A DNA stretch of 64,000 nt from Ostreococcus lucimarinus (taxonomy: Eukaryota). The stretch lies in NCBI GenBank assembly GCA_000092065.1, contig CP000600.1; one strand, written 5' to 3'. The translations under genes were made by a program, and so were the position numbers. The notes beneath the pieces are model-generated. The model saw nothing but the letters and a program-made list of their open reading frames with translations. It did not search any database and was not told the origin of the DNA. Within the stretch, counting starts at the first letter, position 1. Each line of letters opens with the position of its first letter. Positions 31,746-40,886 of this stretch are shown one piece after another.

Positions 31746-33152
31746 ATGCAAGTCAACGCCCTGCTCAAGAAAGCCGCCCCCGCGCCCGCCAAGACCGCCA
31801 AGGCGCCGGCGAAGACGCAGATCAAGAAGGCGCCGGCGAAGAAGGCGTCGCCGTCGCTGCCGTCGCTGCCGAATCCGTTCGGCGGCGCCGCGCCCAAGGC
31901 GAGCGCGAAGACGGTCAAGAAGGCCGCGCCGGCGAAGAAGGCGGTCGCGAAGAAGGCGCCGGTCAAGAAGGCGCCGGTCAAGAAGAAGGCGCCGGTCGCG
32001 AAGAAGGCGGCCAAGTCGCCGACCGCGGCCAAGGAGGCGCTCGCGAAGTGGTACGGTGCGTATCTTTTAAAGGCGATCGGATAGGATCGTTCGACGCGCG
32101 CGACGACGCGCGGACGCGCACAGGACGCGCGCGCGCGATGGGAATCGATCGTTAAGTGCGCGTTCGCGCGAACGGGGCGACGCGGGACGCGCGCGCGGGA
32201 GGACGCGTGGCGGAAATCGGAAGATATGGTTGCGATCGCGCGCGCGGGACGGAGGCGGGACGCGGGACGGACGCGCGCGAGGGACGATAGAGCGGGCGCG
32301 AGGGACGCGCGGCACGCGGGGGGGTGAGAAGGGCGAAGGAAACGCGCGCGATGGGGAGACTGACGATGCGCGACGACGCGTTCGACGCAGGTCCGGACCG
32401 TAAGTTGTACTTGCCGGGCGGCCTCTTGACCAAGGCGGATTTGCCGAGCTACCTCGACGGTACGCTCGCGGGTGATTACGGCTTCGACCCGCTCGGCCTC
32501 GGCGCCGACGGTGCGATCAAGCAATACCGCGTCGCGGAAGTCATCCACGCTCGATGGGCGATGCTCGCGATCCCGGGTGTCGTCATCCCGGAGGCGCTCG
32601 GCTTGCCGGGCGGCGTCTGGACGGAAACCGGCAAGGTGTTCCTCGACGGCGAAACCGGCCGTCCGTTCTTCCTCGAGAACCCGATCGTGTTCGCGGCCGT
32701 CCAAGTTGCGCTCATGGCTGGTGTCGAGCAATTCCGCTCGAGCGGTGAAGGTCCGGCCGGTTTCGTGCCGTTCAAGGGCAAGTTCGACGAGTCGGCGTTC
32801 AAGGGCCTCGACCCGATCAACCCGGGTGGCCCGCTCGACTTCTTCAACGTCGCCTCCAACCCGCAAGACTTGGCCCTCTTGAAGGTCAAGGAAATCAAGA
32901 ACGGTCGCTTGGCGATGATCGCCATGTTGGGCGTCTTCGTGCAAGGTCTTACCACCGGTGAAGGTCCGGCTGCCAACTGGGGCAAGCACGTCGCCGATCC
33001 GTTCGGTACGTAACGCGCGCGCGCGCCTCGCCCATCGACGACCGCGTTCGCGTGTTTTCCACGAGCACTCACTGACCCCGCTATCTCTCGTCTCCCACGC
33101 AGGTTACAACTTCGTCACCCTTCAAGCCGTCGACCGCACGCCGGTTCTTTAA
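31746..33152 (+). CDS. LHC: Chlorophyll a/b-binding light-harvesting protein (LHC family) with a long Lys/Ala/Pro-rich N-terminal exon; join(31746..32055,32391..33013), or with a candidate terminal intron join(31746..32055,32391..33005,33103..33152)
   Basis: Exon 1 ends ...AKEALAKWY+G (donor g|gtgcgt at 32056). Exon 2 starts (G)PDRKLYLPGGLLTKADLPSYLDGTLAGDYGFDPLGLGADGAIKQYRVAEVIHARWAMLAIPGVVIPEAL...KVKEIKNGRLAMIAMLGVFVQGLTTGEGPAANWGKHVADPFG. The splice rebuilds the LHC hallmark WYGPDR. First and third helix motifs E..H.RWAML and E.KNGRLAM are present. See findings for the optional 3' intron (gtacgtaa...cactcactgacc-polyPy-acgcag). TGTAA signal at ~33233. Confidence 0.8.
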
Positions 33153-33392
33153 GCGCGAGTTTGAAACAATTTTTCAAACTTTTGTGACGCGACCTGTTCA
33201 TGTATAGCCGCTCGACCGGCTCGCTCGTTCACTTGTAACGGAAGACCGTGATATTCAACCACGACGCGCTCGACGCGTCGGCGCGCGACGCGTCACATCA
33301 CCGATAGCTGCCGCCAGCGCGCATCTCTCTCCAGTCGTCGCCGCGTCGCCGCGCGCGCCGCGCCGCACTCGGCGCCTCCGCGCGGCGTCGTC

Positions 33393-34592
33393 ATGGCATC
33401 CATCGCCATCGCCCGCGCGTCGACGTCGTCCCGCGCCCGCGCGACGACGATCCGATCGAAGTCGCCTTCATCGACGCCTCCGCCGTCGCCGGCGCGTCGA
33501 ACGCGCGCGCGCGCGTCGATCGTCGACGACGCGCGCGCGGTCGCGTCCATCGGCAGCGCGACGCCGAAACGCCGTCGTCGCGCGCCGACGCGCGGCGACG
33601 TCGCGGCGGCGCATCGCGCGACGGCGGCAGAAGCGTCCGCGGCGACGCCGAGCTCGAACGAGACGTCGGCGACGTCGAGCATCGTCACGCTGCTCGTCGC
33701 GGGCGTGGCGAGCGTCGGTTGCATCGCGGCGACGCACGCGGCGCGAGGTCCGCACGCGCGCGCGATCGGATCGATGGCGCTGGGGTTGTTGCTCGCGCTC
33801 GTGGGGTACAAGAAAAAGTCGCTCGACGAAAGCGGGGCGCTCGCGGCGATCGGGGTGGGGTTCGGGAGTATTTACGCGGATGTTCGATTCGGCGCCGCGC
33901 TCGCGGCGTTCTTCTTCGCGTCGAGCGCGGTGACGCGCGTGCGGTCGGACGTGAAGAAGCGGGTGGATGAACACTTTAAAGTCGGTGGTGGGCGCGATTG
34001 GGTGCAAGTGTTCGCGAATGGGTTCGTGCCGACGGTCATCGCGCTCGCGTTCGCGTCGGGCGGTTTCGGCGCCGAGGCGACGAGCGCTTTGGCGAGCGCG
34101 TACCTCGGATATTACGCGTGCTGCGGCGGCGATACGTTTGCGAGTGAGCTCGGGGTTTTGTCAAAATCCAAGCCCAGGTTGATCATCGACTGGCGGCGCG
34201 AGGTCGCCGCGGGAACGAACGGCGGCGTCACCGCGTTGGGCTGGGTCGCGAGCGCGAGCGGCGGCGCCGTCGTCGGCGCGGCGTTCCATCTAGGTCAATC
34301 AGCCCTTCGCGCGGTCGCGACCGACGGCGGCGCGCTCGTCGCGCCCTCTAACGCCGCGTCAGTGATCGCATTCGGTGCCGTCGCCGGCGTCTTCGGCTCG
34401 CTCGTGGACAGCGTTCTCGGCGCCACGATTCAATACTCGGGCTTTTGCGAAGAGCGTCAAAAAGTCGTCAGCAAACCCGGGCCCACGGTGACCCGCATCA
34501 GTGGTTCAGAATTCCTCAGCAATAGCGCGGTGAATTTGGTGTCCGGCGTGATAACCGCCGTCGTCGCCGCGTGGCTGTCGCCTTTGTTGTAA
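33393..34592 (+). CDS. DUF92/TMEM19-family integral membrane protein, possibly VTE6-like phytyl-phosphate kinase; transit-peptide-like N-terminus
   Basis: ATG at 33393. Multi-pass hydrophobic protein with the family's CCGGDTFASELGVLSK motif and Gly-rich loops (GSMALGLLLALVGYKKKSLDESGALAAIGVGFGSIYAD...). Assignment to DUF92 is from memory of the family motif. The VTE6 function is inference from the plastid-type presequence. Confidence 0.6.
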   Translation: MASIAIARASTSSRARATTIRSKSPSSTPPPSPARRTRARASIVDDARAVASIGSATPKRRRRAPTRGDVAAAHRATAAEASAATPSSNETSATSSIVTLLVAGVASVGCIAATHAARGPHARAIGSMALGLLLALVGYKKKSLDESGALAAIGVGFGSIYADVRFGAALAAFFFASSAVTRVRSDVKKRVDEHFKVGGGRDWVQVFANGFVPTVIALAFASGGFGAEATSALASAYLGYYACCGGDTFASELGVLSKSKPRLIIDWRREVAAGTNGGVTALGWVASASGGAVVGAAFHLGQSALRAVATDGGALVAPSNAASVIAFGAVAGVFGSLVDSVLGATIQYSGFCEERQKVVSKPGPTVTRISGSEFLSNSAVNLVSGVITAVVAAWLSPLL

Positions 34593-34654
34593 CGCATCGC
34601 GCCGCGGCGCCGTCGCGCGCGTCTTCCCGTCGCCTCACCTCGCGCCTCTCCCCG

Positions 34655-35224
34655 ATGTTCCCTCCCCGCGCCGGTCAGTGCGCGTGCGTCATCGACGGCG
34701 CGCACACCGAGTTCTTGATCACCGAGTACGCCGACCGCGTCCTCGTCGTCGCGACGCAGATCGGTAAACTCGGCACGGTGTTTCATCTCTCTCGCAGTCA
34801 ATCGGTCGAGCTCAGCGATCCCTCCTACGAGGACGACGGCGAGACGATGGACGACGCGACGGCGAGCATGGACACCGTCATCGCGCGCACGGTGATCGGC
34901 AGGCGCGACGACGACGCGCTGCGGGCGTGCGCGAGAAGGATAGCGGACGTGCTGTTCACCGAAGGTTTGGAAAAGTGCGTCGAGCGACGCCGCGACGAGA
35001 CGACGCGCGAACGCGACGACGACGCGCGAACGCCAGACTGACGCGAAAACGCCGGGCGCGCGATTTTTACGACGCGCAGGCCGATCGTGTGCGCGCTGGG
35101 GTTGCGGTCGGACGCGAGCTTGGAGGCGAAGCGGGCGGTGGCGCGAGTCGCCGTCGAACGCGGTCGCGAGTTGTTGGCGGCGTCGCGCGCCGCGGAGGGA
35201 AGCGGAAGTCGTAGTTTTGATTAG
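34655..35224 (+). CDS. PSMG3: Proteasome assembly chaperone 3 (PSMG3/PAC3)-like, 2 exons: join(34655..34974,35080..35224)
   Basis: ATG at 34655 (MFPPRAGQCACVIDGAHTEFLITEYADRVLVVATQIGKLGTVFHLS; compare human VVCTAFSSHILVVVTQFGKMGTLVSLE). Donor aa|gtgcgt at 34975. Intron contains cagactgacg and ends gcgcag (35077-79). Exon 2 in the same frame: (K)PIVCALGLRSDASLEAKRAVARVAVERGRELLAAS..., resembling the PSMG3 C-terminus RAVLLAVAVKDKSMEGLKAL. Stop at 35222-24. Confidence 0.55.
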
Positions 35225-35261
35225 CGTGCGCAGTGCTGTGCAATACATAGATGTTGATAGG

Positions 35262-36341
35262 TTAGAGCTCGTCTTTGGTGGTGGGATCGAACGCGCACGA
35301 GCCGTCGCCGGCGTCGGAGGCGCACGCCTCTTTCGCTCGCGCCTCCGCCTCCGCCTTCAGCTTTGCCTGTGCGATCTTCTCTTCGAGATTGCGATAATCT
35401 TTCGTCTCATCGTGCGTCATTGTAGCGTTCGTGCCGTTGACGTTGACCACGACGTCGCCGCTTTGCGAGTTTTTGACGTTCAAGTCGTCCACCGTCGTAT
35501 TCAGCAATTTGTCGATATCTACGTCGATGCCTTGCGCCTCGACGTGTTCCTTGAATCGCTCCGCACCCTCCTTTTGCAGCCGGCGCTTCTTCTCCGCCCC
35601 GGTTTCCAATTCATCCGCGCCGGCATTCCTTAGTATCTCGGCGATCTCGCGTTCGCCCATCAGCATGGCGAGCTTTTGCGCCGATAGCCCCAAGTCCATC
35701 ATCGGTGTCTTTTGCACGTAATTGACCACAGCTCCGGCCTCGACCAAGATCCGTACGCACTCCGCGCACTTGGATAACACCGAACGCATGAGCACGGTGT
35801 ACCCGATCGCGTCAATCTCGTTTACGTTGGCGCCGTAATCGATCAACAAATCCATCGCTCGCGCGTTTCCTAAGAACGCCGCCTTCATGATCGGCACGTA
35901 ATGCCGCGTCTCTCCCAACTTTTGACACTTCTCTCTCAAATTCGGCTTCCATCTCAACAAATCTTCGAGCTCCTCCATATCGTCGTCATCGATCGCCTCG
36001 TGTATCGAACCGATCGCGCTCTCGCCTTCGCCGAGCTCGGGATCGTACGGCTTAAATTCCTCCTCCTCGACCGGCTTCTTCGCCGCCTTCTTCACCGACT
36101 TCTTCCGTCGCTTCTTTTCCTTGATCACCGATTCGACCGATTCCACGTCCACGGGCACCTCCTCCCTCTTCGCGTCCGCGACGACGTTCGCCGTCGCCGT
36201 CTCGCCGTCCGCCGCCGTCGCCGCGTCGCTCTCCCCGTTCCACCCGAAATTCGCCTCGCACGCGCGCGCGCGCACCGCGACGACGATCGCGCACGCGCAC
36301 GCCAGGACGATTTTCGCGCCGCGTCCGCGCGCGCGTCGTCG

Positions 36342-36373
<32 letters not shown>

Positions 36374-36395
36374 TCGATGATTCCGCGAGCACCAT
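35262..36395 (-). CDS. Ankyrin-repeat protein with signal-anchor-like N-terminus and C-terminal KDEL (predicted ER-retained)
   Basis: ATG at 36395 (377 aa counted). MVLAESSTTTTTTTTATTRRRARGRGAKIVLACACAIVVAVRARA (hydrophobic stretch), then ankyrin repeats (HYVPIMKAAFLGNARAMDLLIDYGANVNEIDAIGYTVLMRSVLSKCAECVRILVEAGAVVN), a coiled-coil-like Lys/Glu region, and final residues ...FDPTTKDEL. Poly-Thr encoded by (cgt)n at ~36345-36385. Confidence 0.6.
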
Positions 36396-36542
36396 CTCGC
36401 GCGCGTCCGGCCGCGCGCGCGTCCCGCGTCCCGCGTCCGTCCCGCGCCGCGCGCCGCGTCCCGCGCGTCCGTCCTCGCGGCTCGCGTCGCGCGCGCGCGT
36501 CGCGCGCGGTCGTGTGTCGTCGCCACTCGTCGACGCGACGCG

Positions 36543-38207
36543 ATGGCGACGCGCGCCGCGCTGTCGACGCGGCCGGCGCCGGCGCGCGCGCGCGCGCGTC
36601 CCGCGCGGCGCGCGACGATCGCGCGCGCGCGCGACGCGGACGTCGTCGTCGTCGGCGCCGGTCTCGGCGGCCTGAGCGCGGCGGCGCTGCTCGCGTCGCG
36701 GGGACTGCGCGTGACCGTGCTCGAGGCGCACGTCGTCGCGGGCGGCGCCGCGCACGCGTGGACGCGCGGTGGATACACGTTCGAATCCGGACCGTCGCTG
36801 TACTCGGGGCTGGAGGCGCGACCGACGACGAACCCGATGGGACAGGTGCTGCACGCGATCGACGAACGCGTGGCGTGCGCGCGGTACAACACGTGGACGT
36901 GTCACCTGCCGGAGGGAACGTTCGTGACGGAGGTCGGGAACGATCAGTTCTTGGAGGTGCTGCGAGAGTACGTGGATGAGGAGGCGTGCGAGGAGTGGAC
37001 GCGGTTGAAGGCGCTGATGGAACCGCTGGCGACGGCGAGCGCGTCGCTGCCGCCGGCGGCGGTGCGAAGCGACGTCGGAGGGGCGTTCACGCTGGCGCGA
37101 TTCGTGCCGGGATTGGTGCGATCGGCGCCGTACATCGGGAAGATTATGGCGCCGTATAGCAAGTTTATGGCGGAGAACGACATCAAGCACCCGTTCATTC
37201 GTAATTACATGGAGATGCTCTGTTTTTTGCTCAGCGGGGCGCCCGCGAGCGGAACGATGGCGGCGGAGATCGGATACATGTTTGACGATTGGTACAAGCC
37301 AAACTCGATGCTCGAGTTTCCGATGGGCGGGAGCGGAGCGATCGTGGACGCGCTCGTGCGAGGGCTGAAGAAGTTTGGCGGCGAGCTAGAGCTCGGGACA
37401 CACGTCGAGGAAATCATCGTCGAAGGCGAAGGCAAGGAGAAGCGCGCGACGGGCGTGCGGACGAGAGACGGAAAGGTTTACAAGGCTAACAAGGCTGTGA
37501 TATCGAACGCAACGCTCTGGGACACGGTACCGATGCTACCACCGGATGCGATGCCTCGAGAGTGGATAGAAGAAGCGACATCGACGGCGATGTGCGAGTC
37601 GTTCATGCACTTGCATCTCGGCATCGACGCCGCCGGCCTTCCCGATGACTTAGAGATTCATCACATTTACGTCGAAGATTGGGATCGCGGCGTCACGGCG
37701 GAGCAAAACATGGTGCTCGTGAGCATTCCTTCCGTACTCGACCCCTCGATGGCGCCCGAGGGCAAGCACGTGATTCACGCGTACACGCCCGGAAACGAGC
37801 CCCTCGATATTTGGGACGGGCTCGACCGTAACTCGGACGAGTACAAAAAGTTGAAGGAGGAACGCTCGCAAGTGCTTTGGAAAGCTGTAGAAAAGATCAT
37901 CCCAGACGTGCGCAAACGCTGCGAAATCACGATGGTCGGCACGCCCGTGACGCAAAAGAGATTCTTGCGAAGGGCGAAGGGCACGTACGGGGGCACGGGT
38001 TGGATATCCGAGGATCAAGACAGCATTCCGATCACGAGCGCGTCGACGCCGCTTCCAGGCCTGCTTGTCGTCGGCGACTCTAACTTTCCCGGCCCTGGCG
38101 TCCCGGCCGTAGCCGCGGGCGGTTGGAGCGCGGCGAATGAATTGATTTCGCCGCTTCAAACCGCCGCTTTGCTCGACAAAGTGTGTCCTCCGGGGACGTC
38201 AAAGTGA
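36543..38207 (+). CDS. FAD-dependent oxidoreductase of the carotenoid isomerase/desaturase (CrtISO-like, amine-oxidase fold) family, plastid-type presequence
   Basis: ATG at 36543. Dinucleotide-binding motif DVVVVGAGLGGLSAAALLASRGLRVTVLEAH. C-terminal FAD-binding segment RFLRRAKGTYGGTGW...PLPGLLVVGDSNFPGPGVPAVAAGGWSAANEL. N-terminus MATRAALSTRPAPARARARPARRA. Confidence 0.7.
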   Translation: MATRAALSTRPAPARARARPARRATIARARDADVVVVGAGLGGLSAAALLASRGLRVTVLEAHVVAGGAAHAWTRGGYTFESGPSLYSGLEARPTTNPMGQVLHAIDERVACARYNTWTCHLPEGTFVTEVGNDQFLEVLREYVDEEACEEWTRLKALMEPLATASASLPPAAVRSDVGGAFTLARFVPGLVRSAPYIGKIMAPYSKFMAENDIKHPFIRNYMEMLCFLLSGAPASGTMAAEIGYMFDDWYKPNSMLEFPMGGSGAIVDALVRGLKKFGGELELGTHVEEIIVEGEGKEKRATGVRTRDGKVYKANKAVISNATLWDTVPMLPPDAMPREWIEEATSTAMCESFMHLHLGIDAAGLPDDLEIHHIYVEDWDRGVTAEQNMVLVSIPSVLDPSMAPEGKHVIHAYTPGNEPLDIWDGLDRNSDEYKKLKEERSQVLWKAVEKIIPDVRKRCEITMVGTPVTQKRFLRRAKGTYGGTGWISEDQDSIPITSASTPLPGLLVVGDSNFPGPGVPAVAAGGWSAANELISPLQTAALLDKVCPPGTSK

Positions 38208-38354
38208 GGCTGTGATTCATTTTTAGAACTCATTTCGTTATATTAAGTAAAGAATTAAGAGTCGTAAGAGTTAATTTCAGAGCGCTGTAACGTGTAAGAC
38301 GCGCTCACTGCGGCTGAGCGGATTCGCCGCCGCGACGTTCTCGTCGTCGCGCGA

Positions 38355-38900
38355 TCAAGCCGCCGGAGGCACGTCGTCTCCGTCGTCGTCGTCAGCCATG
38401 AACGCATCCTTCGCCGACGCCTCGTGCGAGGCATGTCTCGATCCCTTTCCAGAGTGTTTTTCCTTGTGCTTTCGGATCGCTCTCGTCACGATATCCGCGC
38501 ACGAATCAATCGTCGCGTACAAGTTCTCTCCCGTCCCGTCGGCGTGCAGCGTCGTCCCTCGCGTCATCAAAACCGTCACCTCCGTCTTGTGTTCGTGCCC
38601 GCCTCGAGAATCCTCCCCGCCGCGCGCGCTGCATCGCACGTCCACCTCACGAATTTCCCTCGGATCCACGTGCGAGCACGCCTTCCCGATCTTCGCGCGG
38701 CAGTACTCGTCGATCGCCGGCGTGATCTCCAAATGCAGCCCTTGGACGAGCATCTTCACGTCCGATCCCGCGTTCGCCGCGCGCACGCGCACCGCGCCGC
38801 GCGCGCCCCCCCCCCGCGCGGAGCATTTTCGCGCGCGCGTCCACCGCGCGTCGCGCACCGCGCTCGCGCCGCACGACGTCCTCGGCACCGCGTTCGACAT
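38355..38900 (-). CDS. HPF: Ribosome hibernation-promoting factor / plastid-specific ribosomal protein PSRP1-like (RaiA/HPF family)
   Basis: ATG at 38900. Transit-like N-terminus, then MLVQGLHLEITPAIDEYCRAKIGKACSHVDPREIREVDVRCSARG...HKTEVTVLMTRGTTLHADGTGENLYATIDSCADIVTRAIRKHKEKHSGK; compare bacterial HPF N..GHNVEITPALR.FV..KF.KL....[38 protein letters not shown]. Confidence 0.75.
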   Translation of the reverse strand: MSNAVPRTSCGASAVRDARWTRARKCSARGGGARGAVRVRAANAGSDVKMLVQGLHLEITPAIDEYCRAKIGKACSHVDPREIREVDVRCSARGGEDSRGGHEHKTEVTVLMTRGTTLHADGTGENLYATIDSCADIVTRAIRKHKEKHSGKGSRHASHEASAKDAFMADDDDGDDVPPAA

Positions 38901-39279
38901 CCTCGGTCGTTACGCGTCGTTCGCGATGTTTTCAAGATTACTTTCGCGCCCCTCTCGCGTCTCTTCCGGCGCGCGTCTCGCGCGCGCGACGCTCGACGCG
39001 GTGCGACGAGAATTCGTCCTCGCGTTCGCGCGCGCGTCGAGTCGATCGCGCGTTCGACGGCGCGGCGTTCGCGTCGTAATGTGCGATCGATCCGTCGATC
39101 GCGATCCACGTCAGATTTTCAGCGCGCGCGATCGCTCGCTCGATCGATCGATCGCGCGATCGGCGATCGAACCTCGCGAAGAGGTTTCGCGGCGTCGGTC
39201 GATCGACGATGCGAGTTTCGAGGCGCGCGCGCGCGATCGATCGAGCGGCACTGCGCGACGCGCGCGCGCGTCGTCGACG

Positions 39280-40776
39280 ATGCGCGCGCGACTCGTCGCG
39301 TCGAGCGCGCGGTTGTGCGCGCGACGCGCGGTGAGGGCGCGACGGGAGTGCGCGCGGGCGTGCGCGACGACGCCGGGGGCGAGAGTCGCGCCGCGACGGG
39401 CGTGGGGGACGCGAACGCGCGCGACGTCGTCGCGAGGGGGCGACGGCGGACGGACGACGACGACGGTGGATCCGACGCGCGCGAGCGAGCGCGGGGCGAA
39501 GCGGGCGACGATCGATCTGCAGCCGCCGAAGGGGACGCGAGATTTCCCGCCGGAGGAGATGCGACAGCGGTCGTGGCTGTTTGGACACTTTCGAGAGTGC
39601 GCGAAGGTTTTCGGGTTCGACGAGTTCGACGCGCCGGTGCTGGAGAGCGAGGAACTGTTCACGAGGAAGGCTGGGGAAGAGATCACGACGCAGTTGTATA
39701 ACTTTTCGGATAAGGGCGATCGCAGGGTGGCGCTGAGGCCGGAGTTGACGCCGTCGTTCGCGCGGTTGATTTTGCAGCAAGGCAAGTCGTTGGCGTTGCC
39801 GGCGAAGTGGTTCGCGATCGGGCAGTGCTGGAGATACGAGCGCATGACGCGAGGAAGACGTCGGGAGCATTATCAGTGGAATATGGACATCGTCGGCGTG
39901 AGCGGGGTGGAGGCGGAGGCGGAGTTGTTGGCGGCCATTACGACGTTTTTCAAGAGGGTGGGGGTGACGAGCGCCGACGTAGGCATCAAGGTGAGCTCGC
40001 GAAAGCTGTTGCAGGAGGTGTTGACGCGGTTCGGGATCGACAGCGAATCTTTCGCGCCCGTGTGTGTGGTGGTGGATAAGATTGAAAAGCTCCCGCGCGA
40101 AAAGATTGAGGAAGAGCTCAGAGAGCTCGGCGTGAGCGACGAGGCGGTGGAGGGCATCTTGGCGGCGACGTCGATGCGCACGGTAGAAGAGCTCGAGGCC
40201 CTCATCGGCCCGGACGCGGAGGCGGTGAAGGACTTAAAGAAGCTTTTTGAGTACGCCGATGCGTACGGCTACCGAGATTGGCTCGTGTTCGACGCGTGCG
40301 TCGTTCGCGGTTTGGCGTACTACACGGGCATCGTCTTCGAAGGTTTCGATCGCGCGGGCGAACTTCGCGCCATCTGCGGTGGCGGGCGATACGACATGCT
40401 TCTTGGGGCGTTAGGCGGCGAGAATCAACCCATGGTCGGGTTCGGGTTCGGCGACGCCGTCATCGTGGAGCTGCTCAAGGATAAGGGTTTGATGCCCGAC
40501 TTTTCCAAGGGCGACGTCCAAGACTTGGTGTTCCCGCTCGGCGAGTCGCTGCGCCCGGCGGCGATGCGCGTCGCCGCCCAGCTTCGCGACGCCGGTCGCA
40601 CCGTTGATCTCATCCTCGAAGACAAGAAAGCGAAATGGGCGTTCAAGCAAGCCGAACGCGTCGGCGCCCAACGCGTCATTTTGCTCGGCGAAAAGGAATG
40701 GGAAGCGGGGAACGTTCGCGTCAAAGACTTAGCCAGCCGCGAAGAGGTCGACGTCAAATTGGAAGATCTCAAATAA
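39280..40776 (+). CDS. HARS: Histidyl-tRNA synthetase (class II); start may lie further upstream
   Basis: 3' two-thirds of ORF 38398..40776 (whose 5' end is antisense to HPF). ATG at 39280 (MRARLVASSARLCARRAV..., aa 295 of the ORF). Alternative in-frame ATGs at 39079 and 38926. Class II motifs: GTRDFPPEEMRQRSWLFGHFRECAKVFGFDEFDAPVLESEELF; motif 2 WFAIGQCWRYERMTRGRRREHYQWNMDIVG; motif 3 region GGGRYDMLLGALGGENQPMVGFGFGDAVIVELL; anticodon-binding domain. Confidence 0.85.
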   Translation: MRARLVASSARLCARRAVRARRECARACATTPGARVAPRRAWGTRTRATSSRGGDGGRTTTTVDPTRASERGAKRATIDLQPPKGTRDFPPEEMRQRSWLFGHFRECAKVFGFDEFDAPVLESEELFTRKAGEEITTQLYNFSDKGDRRVALRPELTPSFARLILQQGKSLALPAKWFAIGQCWRYERMTRGRRREHYQWNMDIVGVSGVEAEAELLAAITTFFKRVGVTSADVGIKVSSRKLLQEVLTRFGIDSESFAPVCVVVDKIEKLPREKIEEELRELGVSDEAVEGILAATSMRTVEELEALIGPDAEAVKDLKKLFEYADAYGYRDWLVFDACVVRGLAYYTGIVFEGFDRAGELRAICGGGRYDMLLGALGGENQPMVGFGFGDAVIVELLKDKGLMPDFSKGDVQDLVFPLGESLRPAAMRVAAQLRDAGRTVDLILEDKKAKWAFKQAERVGAQRVILLGEKEWEAGNVRVKDLASREEVDVKLEDLK

Positions 40777-40886
40777 TTAATAAATGATGCATTATCACTT
40801 TCAAATTGGAAGGTCTAAAATAATTGATGCGTTCTCACTCTCGGCAAACATCCACGAATCCGTGAGACGCGCGCGCGCGACTTCTC

